From: Takakia lepidozioides
Taxonomy: Eukaryota; Plantae; Bryophyta
Assembly: GCA_030704615.1 (NCBI GenBank)
Contig: CM060732.1
Location: 4,774,001 to 4,838,000 of the forward strand
DNA length: 64,000 nucleotides
Direction of reading: 5' to 3'
Shown: positions 1 through 11,449 of the stretch, one piece after another
Numbering within the stretch: position 1 is the stretch's first letter
How the letters are laid out: each line of letters starts with the position of its first letter
The notes under the pieces: model-generated
What the model was told of the DNA's origin: nothing
Databases searched by the model: none
The model's input: only the letters and a program-made list of their open reading frames with translations
Translations under genes and position numbers: made by a program

Positions 1-594
1 GCTAACATTGCCCAGACATTTGCCTTGGTTCTCCGGCGAAGCACATGAGAACCCTGAGTATCATGTGAAATTTTTTATTCAATGTTGCTATTCTAACCAA
101 GCATTGGATGATGCTTATTGGCTGATCTAGTTTCCTACAACCATGAGAGGGAGAGAATCTACTTGGTATTGGCAGCAGGCACCAGGAACATTTGTCACTT
201 GGTTGTAGATTCGCGACGCATTTTTGGATCATTTCCGGGCGGTGCACCAATTCACTAGTGTCCTGATGGCATTAGCACGAATCCATCACCATTTCCAGTT
301 TTTTTTTGTTGAGAAGTTGGCACAGAATTCATGCTGCCCATTTTTCGGTTTTTTTATTTATTTTTTATTTTTTTTCTAAAGTCGGCACATACTTCCGACT
401 GTCTATTTCCCGTTTTGCCCTCGTGGGTATAGGTGGTACACCTTCTAATACCGTACATTTAGTCATCTTTAGAGATATAACATGGTCCTTCAGCTTTGCT
501 CATATCCCTATGTCGAACCTAGAATCTTGCTTTGGGTTTGCTTCGGGGTAGGTTCGAAAACTCTGCTCATGGCTCGTCTGCTAACAAAAAACCA

Positions 595-1010
595 AAAGGT
601 GGGGGGGGGAAGTGACTGAACAGCAGCAGCTGCTCGGTCACTCCCCCCCCCCCCCCCCCCCCACCTTCTTTTTTATTTTTCTTCCCTCATCTCTCCCACT
701 TTCTCCCTCTGTCTCCCTCTGTCCCATCAGGATGTGCAGAGAGAGGGAGAGAGGGACTGTTGAAAAAAAAAAAAAAAAAAAGGTGGGAGGTGGGGAAGTG
801 ATTGGAGCAGCTGCCCTTTCTCTCCCACTCTCCCTCGCTGCCTCTGTCCCTCTCTCCCTCTCTCTCCCTCTGTCCCATCACGATGTGGAGAGAGAGGGAG
901 AGAGGGAGAGAGAATGAGTGATGAGGGGGAAAAAAAAGAAAAAAGAAAAAAAGGTGGGGGGGGGGGGGTGTGAGTGACTGCAGCAGCAGCTGCTCAGTCC
1001 CCCCCCCCAA

Positions 1011-1057
<47 letters not shown>

Positions 1058-1450
1058 CTTCTCTCATCTCTCCCTTTGTCTCCCTCTGTCCCATGAAGAT
1101 GTGGAGAGAGAGGGACAATTGAGGGGAAAAAAAAAAAACAATGTGGGGGGGGGGGGGGAGGGGGGTGACTGAGCAGCAGCAACAGCTGCTCAGTTATTCC
1201 CCCACCGCCCCACATTTTATTTATTTATTTTCCCTCAACAGTCCCTTTTTGTCCCTCTGTCCCTCTGTCCTTCTGTCCCCCTCTCTCCCTCTATCTCCTT
1301 CTGTCCCATCAAGATATGGAGAGAGAGGGAATGATGATGGAAAAAAAAAAAAAAAAAAAAAAAAAAGGTGGGGGGTGGGGGGGGGGAGTGACTGAGCTGC
1401 AGCAGCTGCTGTTTTTTTCTCTCATCTCTCCCTCTCTCTCCCTCCCTCCT
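595..1450. repeat. About 5 tandem self-complementary units: GA-rich/A-run/G-run/GTGACTG-CAGCAGCTG-CTCAGTCAC core/C-run/T-run/CT-rich
   Basis: Cores at ~612, ~798, ~974, ~1165 and ~1388. Units are joined by tgtcccatcNNgatgtgg-like linkers. Confidence 0.85.
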
Positions 1451-2760
1451 TGGAATTGGCCGGTTTTATCGGAGTTGATTTCCTGTTTTTTCATCCATAC
1501 CGGATAGACTCTGGCAGTGTTTTCATCCGTCCTATAACGATTTTTCATCCATATTGGATGAACTACCAGGGTGGACACTGAATTACCTCTAAGATGAGTC
1601 TCTGATTTTTCACTCTTTTATTGACTTTCATCCATACTGGATGAGTCACCAGAGAATGAGGAATTACATCTATGGGGGTTGCCACTGGCATCCTGTTTTT
1701 TCATCCATACCAGATAAAAACTGCCAGGATATTAATTTTTTCATTCCTCTTTTATTGCTTTTTCATCCGTACCGGGTGAAGCATTTTTGGGATGTTGAAT
1801 TATCTGTGAGGATGTAAAACCGTTGCCATGGATGTTATTTCCTGTTTTTTCATCCTACTGATGGATTTTTTCCAACGGATGAACTCAAAGATGTTTTTGT
1901 CATCTGAACCGGATGATGTGTATAGCTTTTGATGGCCCTGAACTGATATTAATTACCCCTAATTATGGTTAATTACGGTGTGAAGCCCTAACCCCTATCC
2001 TAAAACCTACCGTTTAACCTAGCTACGGATGAAATCCGTCGGGTTGTAAAGGATGTGATATTGATTGTTCATCCTGCACGGATGAAAAATCGGGCAAGTG
2101 CCCTAGGATGTCTCTCCCGGCGTCAGAAGCACGAGCCTTGCTTTTGAGCTCGTGGGGAGAGCATTATGGCGTCTGCGTTTTGTTGCTGCCCTGTTTGCTG
2201 CATCGTACCCGTGCTGGGCGATCTCCTGGGGATGCGCAATGACGGCGCTTGGTTTCTCTTACAGGCGGGAGACAATGCTGTGAATGCATCGTTTCTTTCC
2301 CTCCTCTGGCTTTTAATTTTTGCAGCAGCGCTTGTGTTGGGAAAAATCTCTCTCTCCCCTTCTTAAACCCAGCAAGTGTCCTTGTATGCTTCACTTCTCC
2401 TTTGCTTTGCTGGAGGTGGCTTGCTGGTGGTGATGGCGCACAATTCTCTTCCCCAATTGCTCAAGGTGCTTTTGGTGATTAAGATTCCTTTTGTTTCATG
2501 TCTTCCTCTCTTGCTTTTGAGGTTCTTAGTTGACATCGATGATAAGTGTAGGGGTCTGTGATTCACCTGGGGTTCCACAATCCTCACTAACCTGTTGGTT
2601 TTTGTAGGGGCTTGTAATGGGACTAGGTGAGGATCCCTACTTGCTTTGAATTTTCTTGAGCTTGCAGATGCGGATGTGGGCAAAGGGACCCTCTTGTATA
2701 TGGCGTCTTGACCTGGCTGCTGCCTGCAGCCCCGATTTCGGTCTGCTTGCTCTTGGTTTG
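595..2760. mobile_element. Unclassified repeat/non-autonomous element (palindrome array + TTTTCATCC..GGATGA subrepeats + ~650 bp unique arm); inverted homolog at 43690-45080
   Basis: 2116-2170 (tcagaagcacg..cttttgagctcg..ttatggcg) and 2560-2670 (ggggttccacaatc..cactaac..gtgaggatcc) match the reverse complement of 44240-44295 and 43800-43910. TCATCC-n-GGATGA motifs recur through 1490-2090. Confidence 0.7.
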
Positions 2761-3239
2761 GCATGATGCCGCTTCTGTAAGGCCTGTGTTTTGCTGCCGT
2801 CTATGGGGCATCTTAGTTTCAAAGGCCTGTTTTCTGAAGCCCTGCATCCAACCTTTACCTTGTCTTTGGATCCCTAACAGCAGAGCTTGTGGATCACTAG
2901 GCTAGGTTATAATTTTGTGGCTCCAGAGGTTCTATGTTTTATGGGTAAGGCGTCAGTGGCCTTGTGTTCTATGGGACGAGGTGGCCTTGAATTTTATGGC
3001 AGCAGCCTGGTAAGGCACTGGCCTGCCCATTTTCAGGCCTTCATTTGGTAGATAATGGATCATAGTAGAATGCTCTTACAAACCCTAGCATTTGGCATCT
3101 TGAGAAACGGTGATGGTAAGGTAAGTAAGAGCCACTTCGCCTTGCAGCTAGTGTCTCCTTGTAGGGGTGGGCCCTATGAAGAAAGTGGGCCCGTATCCAA
3201 GGTACGTAGGATACCAAGGGTGGATATGCCACCATAAAA

Positions 3240-3291
3240 TAGTTTTGTATACTATACTATACCAAAAAACCCAAAAATAAAATAAAATAAA

Positions 3292-3323
<32 letters not shown>

Positions 3324-4101
3324 GAGAAAAACACGAAATTAAATTTAAAATAAGGGACCGCTAGGGGACAACTGTAAAGCGTCTGCTGCGCCTGAAAAAA
3401 TCAAAATATAAAAAATATTTTTCGAAATTAAATAGTAAAATTAGATTAGAAACAAAAACAAGAAATCCAGGCGACTGCTGTGACGGTCGCCTCGGAAAGT
3501 GCGTCTGCCGCTGCAGAGTAGCATGGGGAAACCCAAAAGAACATTTAAAAAAAATTAAATTAAATTAAATAAAGGGACCGCTGTGGACCGCTGGGGGACG
3601 GCTGTGGCAGCTGCCGCCTGGGATAGATCGTCTGCTGCCTCTGAGAAAAACAGCATATAAAAAATATTATTCAAAATTAAGTAGTAAGATTAAAATAGAA
3701 ACAAAACAAAATCCAGGCGACCACTGTGGCGATCGCCTGGGAAATAATAATAATAAGTTAAATAATTTTTTAATTACATAATTCATAAAACAGATAAAAA
3801 GAATTAAAATAAGGAACAAAACCAAAATGAATATTCAGGAAAAATAAAACCAAACTATAAAATATTCTGGTACATGTTTATGTTCCATGTATATGCCTGA
3901 ATGTACATGTATATACAAGTGGGTTTTTATTTTTAGTGGATGTTCAACTAGTTGTTATTAAATAACAACGTGTTCTTATGAAATAGCAACGACTTGTTAA
4001 CAACAACGGGAAAAAAAACAAAAAAAAACAAAAAACCAGAAACAACAACAACAACAACGTGTTGTTATTAAATAACAAGGACTTGTTAACAACCAGTAGT
4101 G
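3240..4101. mobile_element. Probable end of a non-autonomous CACTA element, with a ~240 bp internal duplication and palindromic subterminal repeats
   Basis: Ends in CAGTAGTG (4094-4101; reverse complement CACTACTG). Preceded by repeated TTGTTATTAAATAACAA and GACTTGTTAACAAC. Blocks ~3335-3510 and ~3555-3745 are duplicated. Confidence 0.55.
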
Positions 4102-4191
4102 GAGAAGCATATTTGGGAAGATGCTTTGGTTTGAAGCATCTTTTGGCGCATCACGTTGATGTATTGAAGGGTGTAGATGTGGTCAAATGGT

Positions 4192-5319
4192 ACACACTTA
4201 GTGAATACTTTTTTGCCACATCTACACCTATAACAAACCCTGTCACACCCATACAGTCAAACCTGGATAATGTTACATTTTTTTTTGTTATATCATCCTA
4301 AATGTTATGGTTTTCTTACTATGTAAAAATATACACTGACAAGAAGAGTGTTATTTGTTATTTGTTATTGAATACCTACTCTCCTCTTTGTTAAGACACC
4401 TCTGTAATTGTTACATTCAATAAAATAATAATAAAAAAATAAAGATGATACTAGTACTCAAATTCAAATTCAAATTCACTCTTGAAATGGGCATTTGAAC
4501 TATTGAAATGGCCAGGAGAACCCTAACCGCCGTCTCTTAGGGTTTGGGGGGCCTCCAGGGAACTTGAGAACCTCCTGGTTGGGTACTGCGAATGTTTACG
4601 GGAACAGAGAACAGTAGGTTGAGCACTATGTGATGACACTTCAATGCTACTAAGATACTATGAGCGTATGTTTGAAGAAGAGAGGAAGCATCGATGCTAC
4701 TATTGTACGTGTCGGCAATGTCTTGTTATGAGGTGGATTGAGAATCCAACAAGAAGCTGTGTTTGTAGATTAAATGTGAGGTTCCACATTGGTCTAGATT
4801 TTGCGGTGAGAGCCAAAAGGTTGAATTGCAAGTGCTTGAGTAGATTTAGAATCCTCCCTGTTTGGTTATGTAGTTGTAGATTTAAGAATCAACTCGGTGA
4901 AATATCAAATCCTGAGAGCAACGAGGAGGTCGCCGAGAGCAACGATGAGGTCGACGTCAACACATGAGAGCGGCAATGAGATTGAGTTTGATAGTGGACA
5001 TTACGGACAGTGGACATAGAGACATTACGTCATATTTTCTGCCCTCTTTCTAAATGTTATCTTGCATTTGAAGGACCTGTTTTAATGTTAAATTTCTAAT
5101 TGTTACGTTATGAAATTTCAACCTGTTTTACTGTCATTTGATATAACTGCCTAATTGTGATAGAGTTCTTACTCTTGGAGCATAACAATTATCCAAGTTT
5201 GACTGTAACAACTCGTTGTGAAGAACATTGCATTGATGTTGTTATGGGTGTGACAGGGACAGTGACGGGTCGGTACAGGGACAGGGTTTGTGGTCAAAAA
5301 GTATTCCATATAAGAGTGT
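4192..5319. mobile_element. Putative non-autonomous TIR element containing a small Cys-rich ORF
   Basis: Left acacacttagtgaatacttttt..aaaccctgtcacacccata is an imperfect inverted match to right tatgggtgtgacaggg..aaaaagtattccatataagagtgt. Confidence 0.5.
4644..4967 (+). CDS. Cys-rich hypothetical ORF (107 aa), possibly decayed cargo
   Basis: CYYCTCRQC, CVC, CKC and CSC motifs plus an acidic tail. The frame extends upstream past one TGA (ELENLLVGYCECLREQ). Confidence 0.3.
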   Translation: MLLRYYERMFEEERKHRCYYCTCRQCLVMRWIENPTRSCVCRLNVRFHIGLDFAVRAKRLNCKCLSRFRILPVWLCSCRFKNQLGEISNPESNEEVAESNDEVDVNT

Positions 5320-6339
5320 TTTGATGAGTGTCAGGTCGTCATGCCTTTGAGTATGGCGCACAACATTTACAATGCTCATAGCATGGAAACCATACATTGA
5401 CCAACAAAGTCAGAGATGGCAAGACACTGTATAACATTACAAAGTTTTTCACAGCAACTGTTCATGTAGAGGAATGATGTCGAGACAGGGATGCCATCAC
5501 ATTGCAGAATATGGAAATTATTATTATTATTATTATTATTATTTTAAGAAAGGGGACAGAAGCCTGTTGATCAAATTAAATAAGAAGGAGCTACAATTAT
5601 TTTCTAGAGTCGGCGTGACTTAACATAAGGTTCATCCAGAGGACGATGTGGAGCCACGTCCACTTGAAAAGCTATTGTCCGAATCCAAGGCACAACTATC
5701 TACGAAGATGCTAGCATTGCCAAACGACTGTGCATGTCTATGAGGTAGACATGGCGATTGAATGAGAGCACAGTGCCTCGCCATTGCCCCCGCATAAACC
5801 GGTAAGTTGGTAAGACTGCGGGGGACTCCCAAAAATTTGAGGATGGGCAAAAAAAGGGACACTTCGCATCACCGGAATGGGACTCATGTAAGACATAACA
5901 TACAACTTGCGAGATCAGTGAATATGAAGGCAACCATGCAAACATATAGATATCGTCACAACAGCGATGCAAATGGCATAATCTGCATAACAAGGTTTAG
6001 ACTTACTCACAAAGGAAAGTGTCATCAATCTCCATATCGTGGGTGACAAGGGCTCTTGAATGGCAACAGTCTCTGTCTACGTTGCCAAAGAGGATCCTTG
6101 GTGGAGTAGAGCTATGACACTGGCATACAGATCTACATCTGCAAAAAGGTGCCTCCTGGCTGCCTTGCATGCATGGAAAGAGGCACCTGTAGGAAAAGCC
6201 ATAAAATTTTTGAGGAGGTGGAGGTGGTTTCACAAACAAAGAGGCTTATAGAAGACCAAAGCAGGCGAGAGCAAAGGCAACAAACTTGTAGAGAGATATA
6301 GATCCACAACTCTGGTGCCGTGGTAGCTTTTTTTGTTGC

Positions 6340-6895
6340 TCTCGCATTTCTGGAATGTATCTGACGCCAACAACAGGTTCTTGAAACTCTAAAGAGACAT
6401 CTTTCCGAGTTTCTACATTCTATACAAGGGGTGTACCAGGTTCGTCATCACATGTGACGTCTCTGTCCCCCTACAAAGAGCAAAGTCAAATGAGTATATA
6501 AGAAAGAGAACGAGAGGATTGATCCACAGATGAAAGGTGATAAGGTGGAAACGAGCAAAGCAACCTACTTGTTGATGTCATGCATTGTTGTAAGCAGCTG
6601 CGTGATATTCCCTCGGGGTCGAGCACCATCGACATCACGGAATAGTGCCACTCCCTCTCATCGAGATGCATCCTTCCAATGTAATCCATCCAGGCAAGAA
6701 GTCTATGGTTGTCGTCCCAGACATAGAACACCTTCCACTTGAACTGTAGAGTTCCAGGATTCTTTGAAAGCTGCAACTCAAACTCAGTGTTGACCTCTTT
6801 CCAGTACCCTCCCCACTCATCTATAATCTTCGGCCACCGTTGTCTCTCTTCCACTGGTGTCCGCCAATGAGACGTATAACACCTGTGACCCCAAA
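6340..6895 (-). pseudogene. Spliced pseudogene fragment with ParB/sulfiredoxin-like motif
   Basis: Reconstructed: SQVLYVSLADTSGRE../IDEWGGYWKEVNTEFE..VFYVWDDNHRLLAW..VLDP/NITQLLTTMHDINK^GTETSHVMTNLVHPLYRM*KLGKMSL*SFKNLL. GT-AG intron 6568-6471, two frameshifts, two TAG stops. Confidence 0.55.
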
Positions 6896-7859
6896 CTCGT
6901 ATTGACTTTCAATATTCTCGCTTCAAATCCAACACCGCAATGCTCCTTAGTGAATCAGATCGCCACCCAGACTCTTTCCGTTTGTCTTGGACCTAATCTG
7001 CGAACTGCGTCTCTCACCTCCTCCTCTCGTAGCTGTGGTTCACCTAGCAACTGTATGATCTCCCTCGTCTTTCTTCTCTCTCCAAGTCCACTCCGTACAG
7101 GAGCTGGTACTTGGATCAAATCCGCACATCCTTGCATTGGAGGTTACACTGCTCAGTACCCACAGCCCTAATGTACTAGGTGATTGCCTTTAGGCCCATT
7201 ATCTGGAAACCAGATCTTGGACTAACTTATTGCACCGCGATCACGACAGTGACAACCCACAAGTTGTCGTGAGTTCTAAACGCTGGGGTCAATACCTCAG
7301 CACGGAACAAGGAAAACGTGAAAGTGCAGAGTTGGACTTTCGCCACAGCTATCGCCAGCAAATATATCAAGTGGGTGAAGTACTTTTGGATACAGGGTGA
7401 GGTTGACACTGGGGATGAGCGCCCGAGCGGCGTCACCCATTCTAAAAGACCGGGGATGGAGTGAGGGATTTCGGAGGCAGTGGATTGTATGCAGGAGTAG
7501 TTGTTGGGTTTATATTTATGGAAGAGAGGGATCGATAGCTGGAAAATCTTCTTGGGTTTTGGACGGAGCTCTGTGGTGATGCTGTTCGGTGCTGCTGCAG
7601 TGCTCGCTTTAAGTTTGGGCTTATATAGGTGAAGAAGGTGTTTGGTTTCGGTGAGGCGGATGAGTGTAAGTTAATGGTTGAATGTTGTTGCTCCTGAAAA
7701 AAACAGGTACATTGAAGGGTTACATCTTTTGGGCTTTTCATTGTGGTAAAGATTGATTTTACGAAAAAATGCTATCAACCTGTTTCCGTGGTACAGCGAT
7801 GAATGGGTGAGCTGTTGTGGCTGCGAATATGATGATACTGGAAAGTACCTGGACTTAGC

Positions 7860-10800
7860 ATGGCGGACGAAGGAGTAGGAAGTCAAGCAGAGGAGGATGT
7901 GTCTCCAAGCATTGTAGAGGACACAGGACAAAAGGTGAATTGGGAGGAAGGCGATTTGTCTAGGGAGGTGGCCGAGGATGTTGCAGCAGCTTCCGGCTCT
8001 GATTTAGGGTTTTTATTTGACGTGGGGCTTGGGGCAGAGCTTGCAGCCAATTTTAACGAGCAGGCAGGGGATGTAGGGAGATTGTATGAAGGGAATAATG
8101 GCTCCAGGCTAGCCGATGATCTGAGTAGAGAGGAACATGTGAAAGTTGAACATAATGGAAATGAGGGCTCCAGGTTAATCGATGATCTGAGCAGAGAGGC
8201 ATATGTGGAAGTTGAACATGCGGATAGAGGAACTGGACATCCGAGTGAGTGGGATTCGAGCCCGAATGTCAAAGTGGTGGATGGAGGAACTGGATATCCC
8301 AGTGTGTGGGATAGAAGCCCGAACGTCCAAGTGGAGAACAGCCTTGAGGCGGATAGAGGAACTGGCCATCCCAGTGTGTGGGTAACGAGCCCGAAAATCA
8401 AATTGGAGGACAGCCTTGAGGCCGCTGAGCGTGATGTAAACTCTCAGGGGGCAGGGCAACTGGGGGAAGTCCTCACTGCTGCTGCTCCTCAACGAGAGGG
8501 ATTGGAGGGCAATGTGGTGGCTGAGAATGCAGTGAAGAGAAAAAGGAAGCGGCGGGAAAGGGTTGTGGTAATGCAGGAGGTGGCAGAGCAAGGGGCAGGG
8601 GGTAAGATTATACGGGCATTAAGACAACAGGCACGAGTTTCAACCTATGATGAAAGTGCTGGGGATGCAGAGATCGAGGAACAATTAGGGTCCACGCCAT
8701 CGGCAGCCAAGGGTCGCAAAAGGAAGCAGGTGGATGTGGAGAAAGAGGTGAACGTGGAAGCAATGATTGCAGCATCTATAGGATTTCCAAGAGAGTCACT
8801 GACGGAGGAAGAAATAGAAGCTGGTGTTATTTCAACAGTGGGCAGTGTGGAGCAAGCAAACTACATTGTTGTGCGCAATCATATTTTGGCAAAGTGGAGA
8901 GAGAATGTGAACTCGTGGTTAGACCAGGATATGGTGATGGAGTCTATCCGCAGCCAGCACAAGAGTCTGGTAGCGGCTGCCTACAAGTTCCTTCTCTCAC
9001 ACGGCTACATCAACTTTGGGGTCGCCCCTGCCATTAAAGCTGCCATTCCTGCAGAAAACAACAAGGCATCAGTGGTTATAATAGGTGCAGGGCTGGCAGG
9101 CTTGGGGGCTGCCCGGCAGCTGTTAGCCTTCGGACACAGAGTGCTTGTAGTGGAAGGCAGGCAGCGTCCTGGAGGCAGAGTATACACGAAGAAGATGCAG
9201 GGAGACAATTTAATGGCTGCTGCTGATCTAGGGGGAAGTGTTGTGACTGGGATTCATGGAAATCCTCTTGGTGTGTTGGCGCGGCAGCTGGGTCTACCAC
9301 TCCATAAAATCCGGGAGAAGTGCCCTCTGTACCAGCCTGATGGGCACCCTGTGAAGGAGGATGTTGATGCCAAGGTGGAGTCACAATTTAACAAGTTGCT
9401 GGACAAGACCAGCAAGTGGCGCGAGGACATGGAACAGGTTGCTGAGGGCATTTCATTGGGTGCCACTCTGGAGATACTGCAACAGGCTGCTGGAGTTGGG
9501 GAGACTGCTTCAGAAAGGCAACTATATGACTGGCATTTGGCCAATCTTGAGTATGCAAATGCTGGGCTGCTCACTAACTTGTCACTCGCATTTTGGGACC
9601 AGGATGACCCTTATGAAATGGGGGGCGACCACTGCTTTCTTCCAGGTGGGAATGCACAGCTTGTGGTGGCCTTGGCCGAGGACATACCTATCTTCTATGG
9701 CAAGACTGTGCACCGCATTCGGTATGGGAGTGGGGGTGTGCAAGTGCTAGCAGGTGAGCGGGTGTTCGAAGGTGACATGGCGCTGTGCACGGTGCCATTA
9801 GGAGTATTGAAGAAGGGGATGGTGAAATTTGAGCCGGAGCTACCACAGCGAAAGCTGGATGCTATTATGAGACTTGGGTTTGGGCTATTGAACAAGGTGG
9901 TAATGCTTTTCCCTGAAGTTTTTTGGGGTTCTGAGCTGGACACATTTGGGCACCTTTCCGAGCATCCCAGCAAGCGGGGTGAGTATTTTCTGTTCTATAG
10001 CTATGCCGGAGTGTCGGGAGGACCTCTTCTGCTTGCCTTGGTGGCTGGAGAGGCAGCCATTGAATTTGAGCGGACTGCTCCTTTGACAGCTGTCACTCGT
10101 GTTATGAGCGTCCTCAGAGGTACCTCACTACTGCAGAGTTGGATGAGTGAGAGGAAAGTGTTGTGGAGTATGCACTTGGCTATAACTATTGTGGGGGCCA
10201 TATAACGATACAAACATTGCTGTTCCATGCAGAAGAAATCCCTGCATTCTTTAATCAGCATAGTGGATTTGAGGATTCCCATCCTTTTGGTTGCTCTCCT
10301 TTTTTCTTCACCTGTATATTTGAATGGGCACCTACAGGTGATTAACTATTGCGGGGGCCATATAACGATACAAACATTGCTGTTCCATGCAGAAGAAATC
10401 CCTGCATTCTTTAATCAGCATAGTGGTTTTTGAGGATTCCCATCCTTTTGGTTTCTCTCCTTTTTTCTTCACCTGTATATTTGAATGGGTATTGATGGAA
10501 CACAGAGTCAACATTAGAAACCATTTGTCTTGTTAATGTAGCTGTGAACCAATCCATTAGACGCTTTTGCCTTCCACATGACCTTTTCCATCGTGCCTGT
10601 ATGTGTGCTCCGAGAACTAGAAACAACAAAGCCTGTGTGAGAGCAAATATCTACCAGGAAAGGTAGGAAGATATGTGACATGCTGTTTGTGGTGCAGGCA
10701 TTTATGAGCCCAAGGGCATTCAAGTTCCGAATCCACTTCAGACTGTGTGTACACGCTGGGGCAGTGATGGACTGTCCTGTGGCTCATACTCAAATGTGGC

Positions 10801-11449
10801 AGTTGGATCATCAGGAGATGACTACGATATCTTGGCAGAGAGTGTTGGAGATGGCCGGCTATTCTTTGCTGGGGAGGCTACCAATCGTCGGTATCCAGCA
10901 ACCATGCATGGTGCATTCTTGAGTGGGCTACGAGAAGCAGGGAATATCGCAGCAGCTACTGCAGCCAGAATGGCTCCACCCAAAGGAGAACGAGGAATTC
11001 CCAAAGATATTCAATCATACACAGCCACATTAACGGATCTCTTCAAGGAACCTGACCTTGAATTTGGATGTTTTTCTGTCATCTTTGACCATCAAACCAA
11101 TGATCCCAATTCCTTAGCATTGGTGAAATTAGTGTACGGCGGGCCAGCCAAGAAGAAGATTGGCGAGAGTGCAACAGTAGATGAGCTGTTGCATCTGTAT
11201 ACCACGATCACCCGCCAGCAGGCATATGAATTGAGGGAGGTGAAAGGAGGAGACAAAGGAAGGTTCATCTATTTGTGCCAGAAGTTTGGGGTGAAGCTGG
11301 TGGGGCGGAGGGGACTTGGCCCAGAGGGGGATGCATTGGTTGTGGCCATACAGAATAGAGGGGCAAGAAAGTTTGGCTCTATTCCTACTTCAAATGTACC
11401 TAAGTTGCCTAAATCTTGTGCAGTCTCCTCAGCAGTACCCACAAAGTGA
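7860..11449 (+). CDS. FLD: LSD1-like lysine-specific histone demethylase (FLD/LDL clade), SWIRM + amine oxidase; exons 7860-10119 and 10698-11449, ~1003 aa
   Basis: SWIRM ([26 protein letters not shown]), FAD motif [50 protein letters not shown], and C-terminal [18 protein letters not shown] as in FLD. A phase-1 GT-AG intron restores VLRG^IYEPKG. Confidence 0.93.
10183..10490 (+). repeat. 160-bp tandem duplication inside the FLD intron
   Basis: taactattg(t/c)gggggccatataacgatacaaac.. starts at 10183 and at 10343, nearly identical. Confidence 0.95.

Noticed and set aside
1-590. ORFs at the window start
   Set aside because: No recognisable motif; short and interrupted.
612-1578. Lys/Pro/Gly-rich ORFs
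   Set aside because: They are translations of homopolymer runs.
7860-10205. A single-exon 781-aa demethylase
   Set aside because: The ORF reads into the intron; conserved sequence resumes at 10698.
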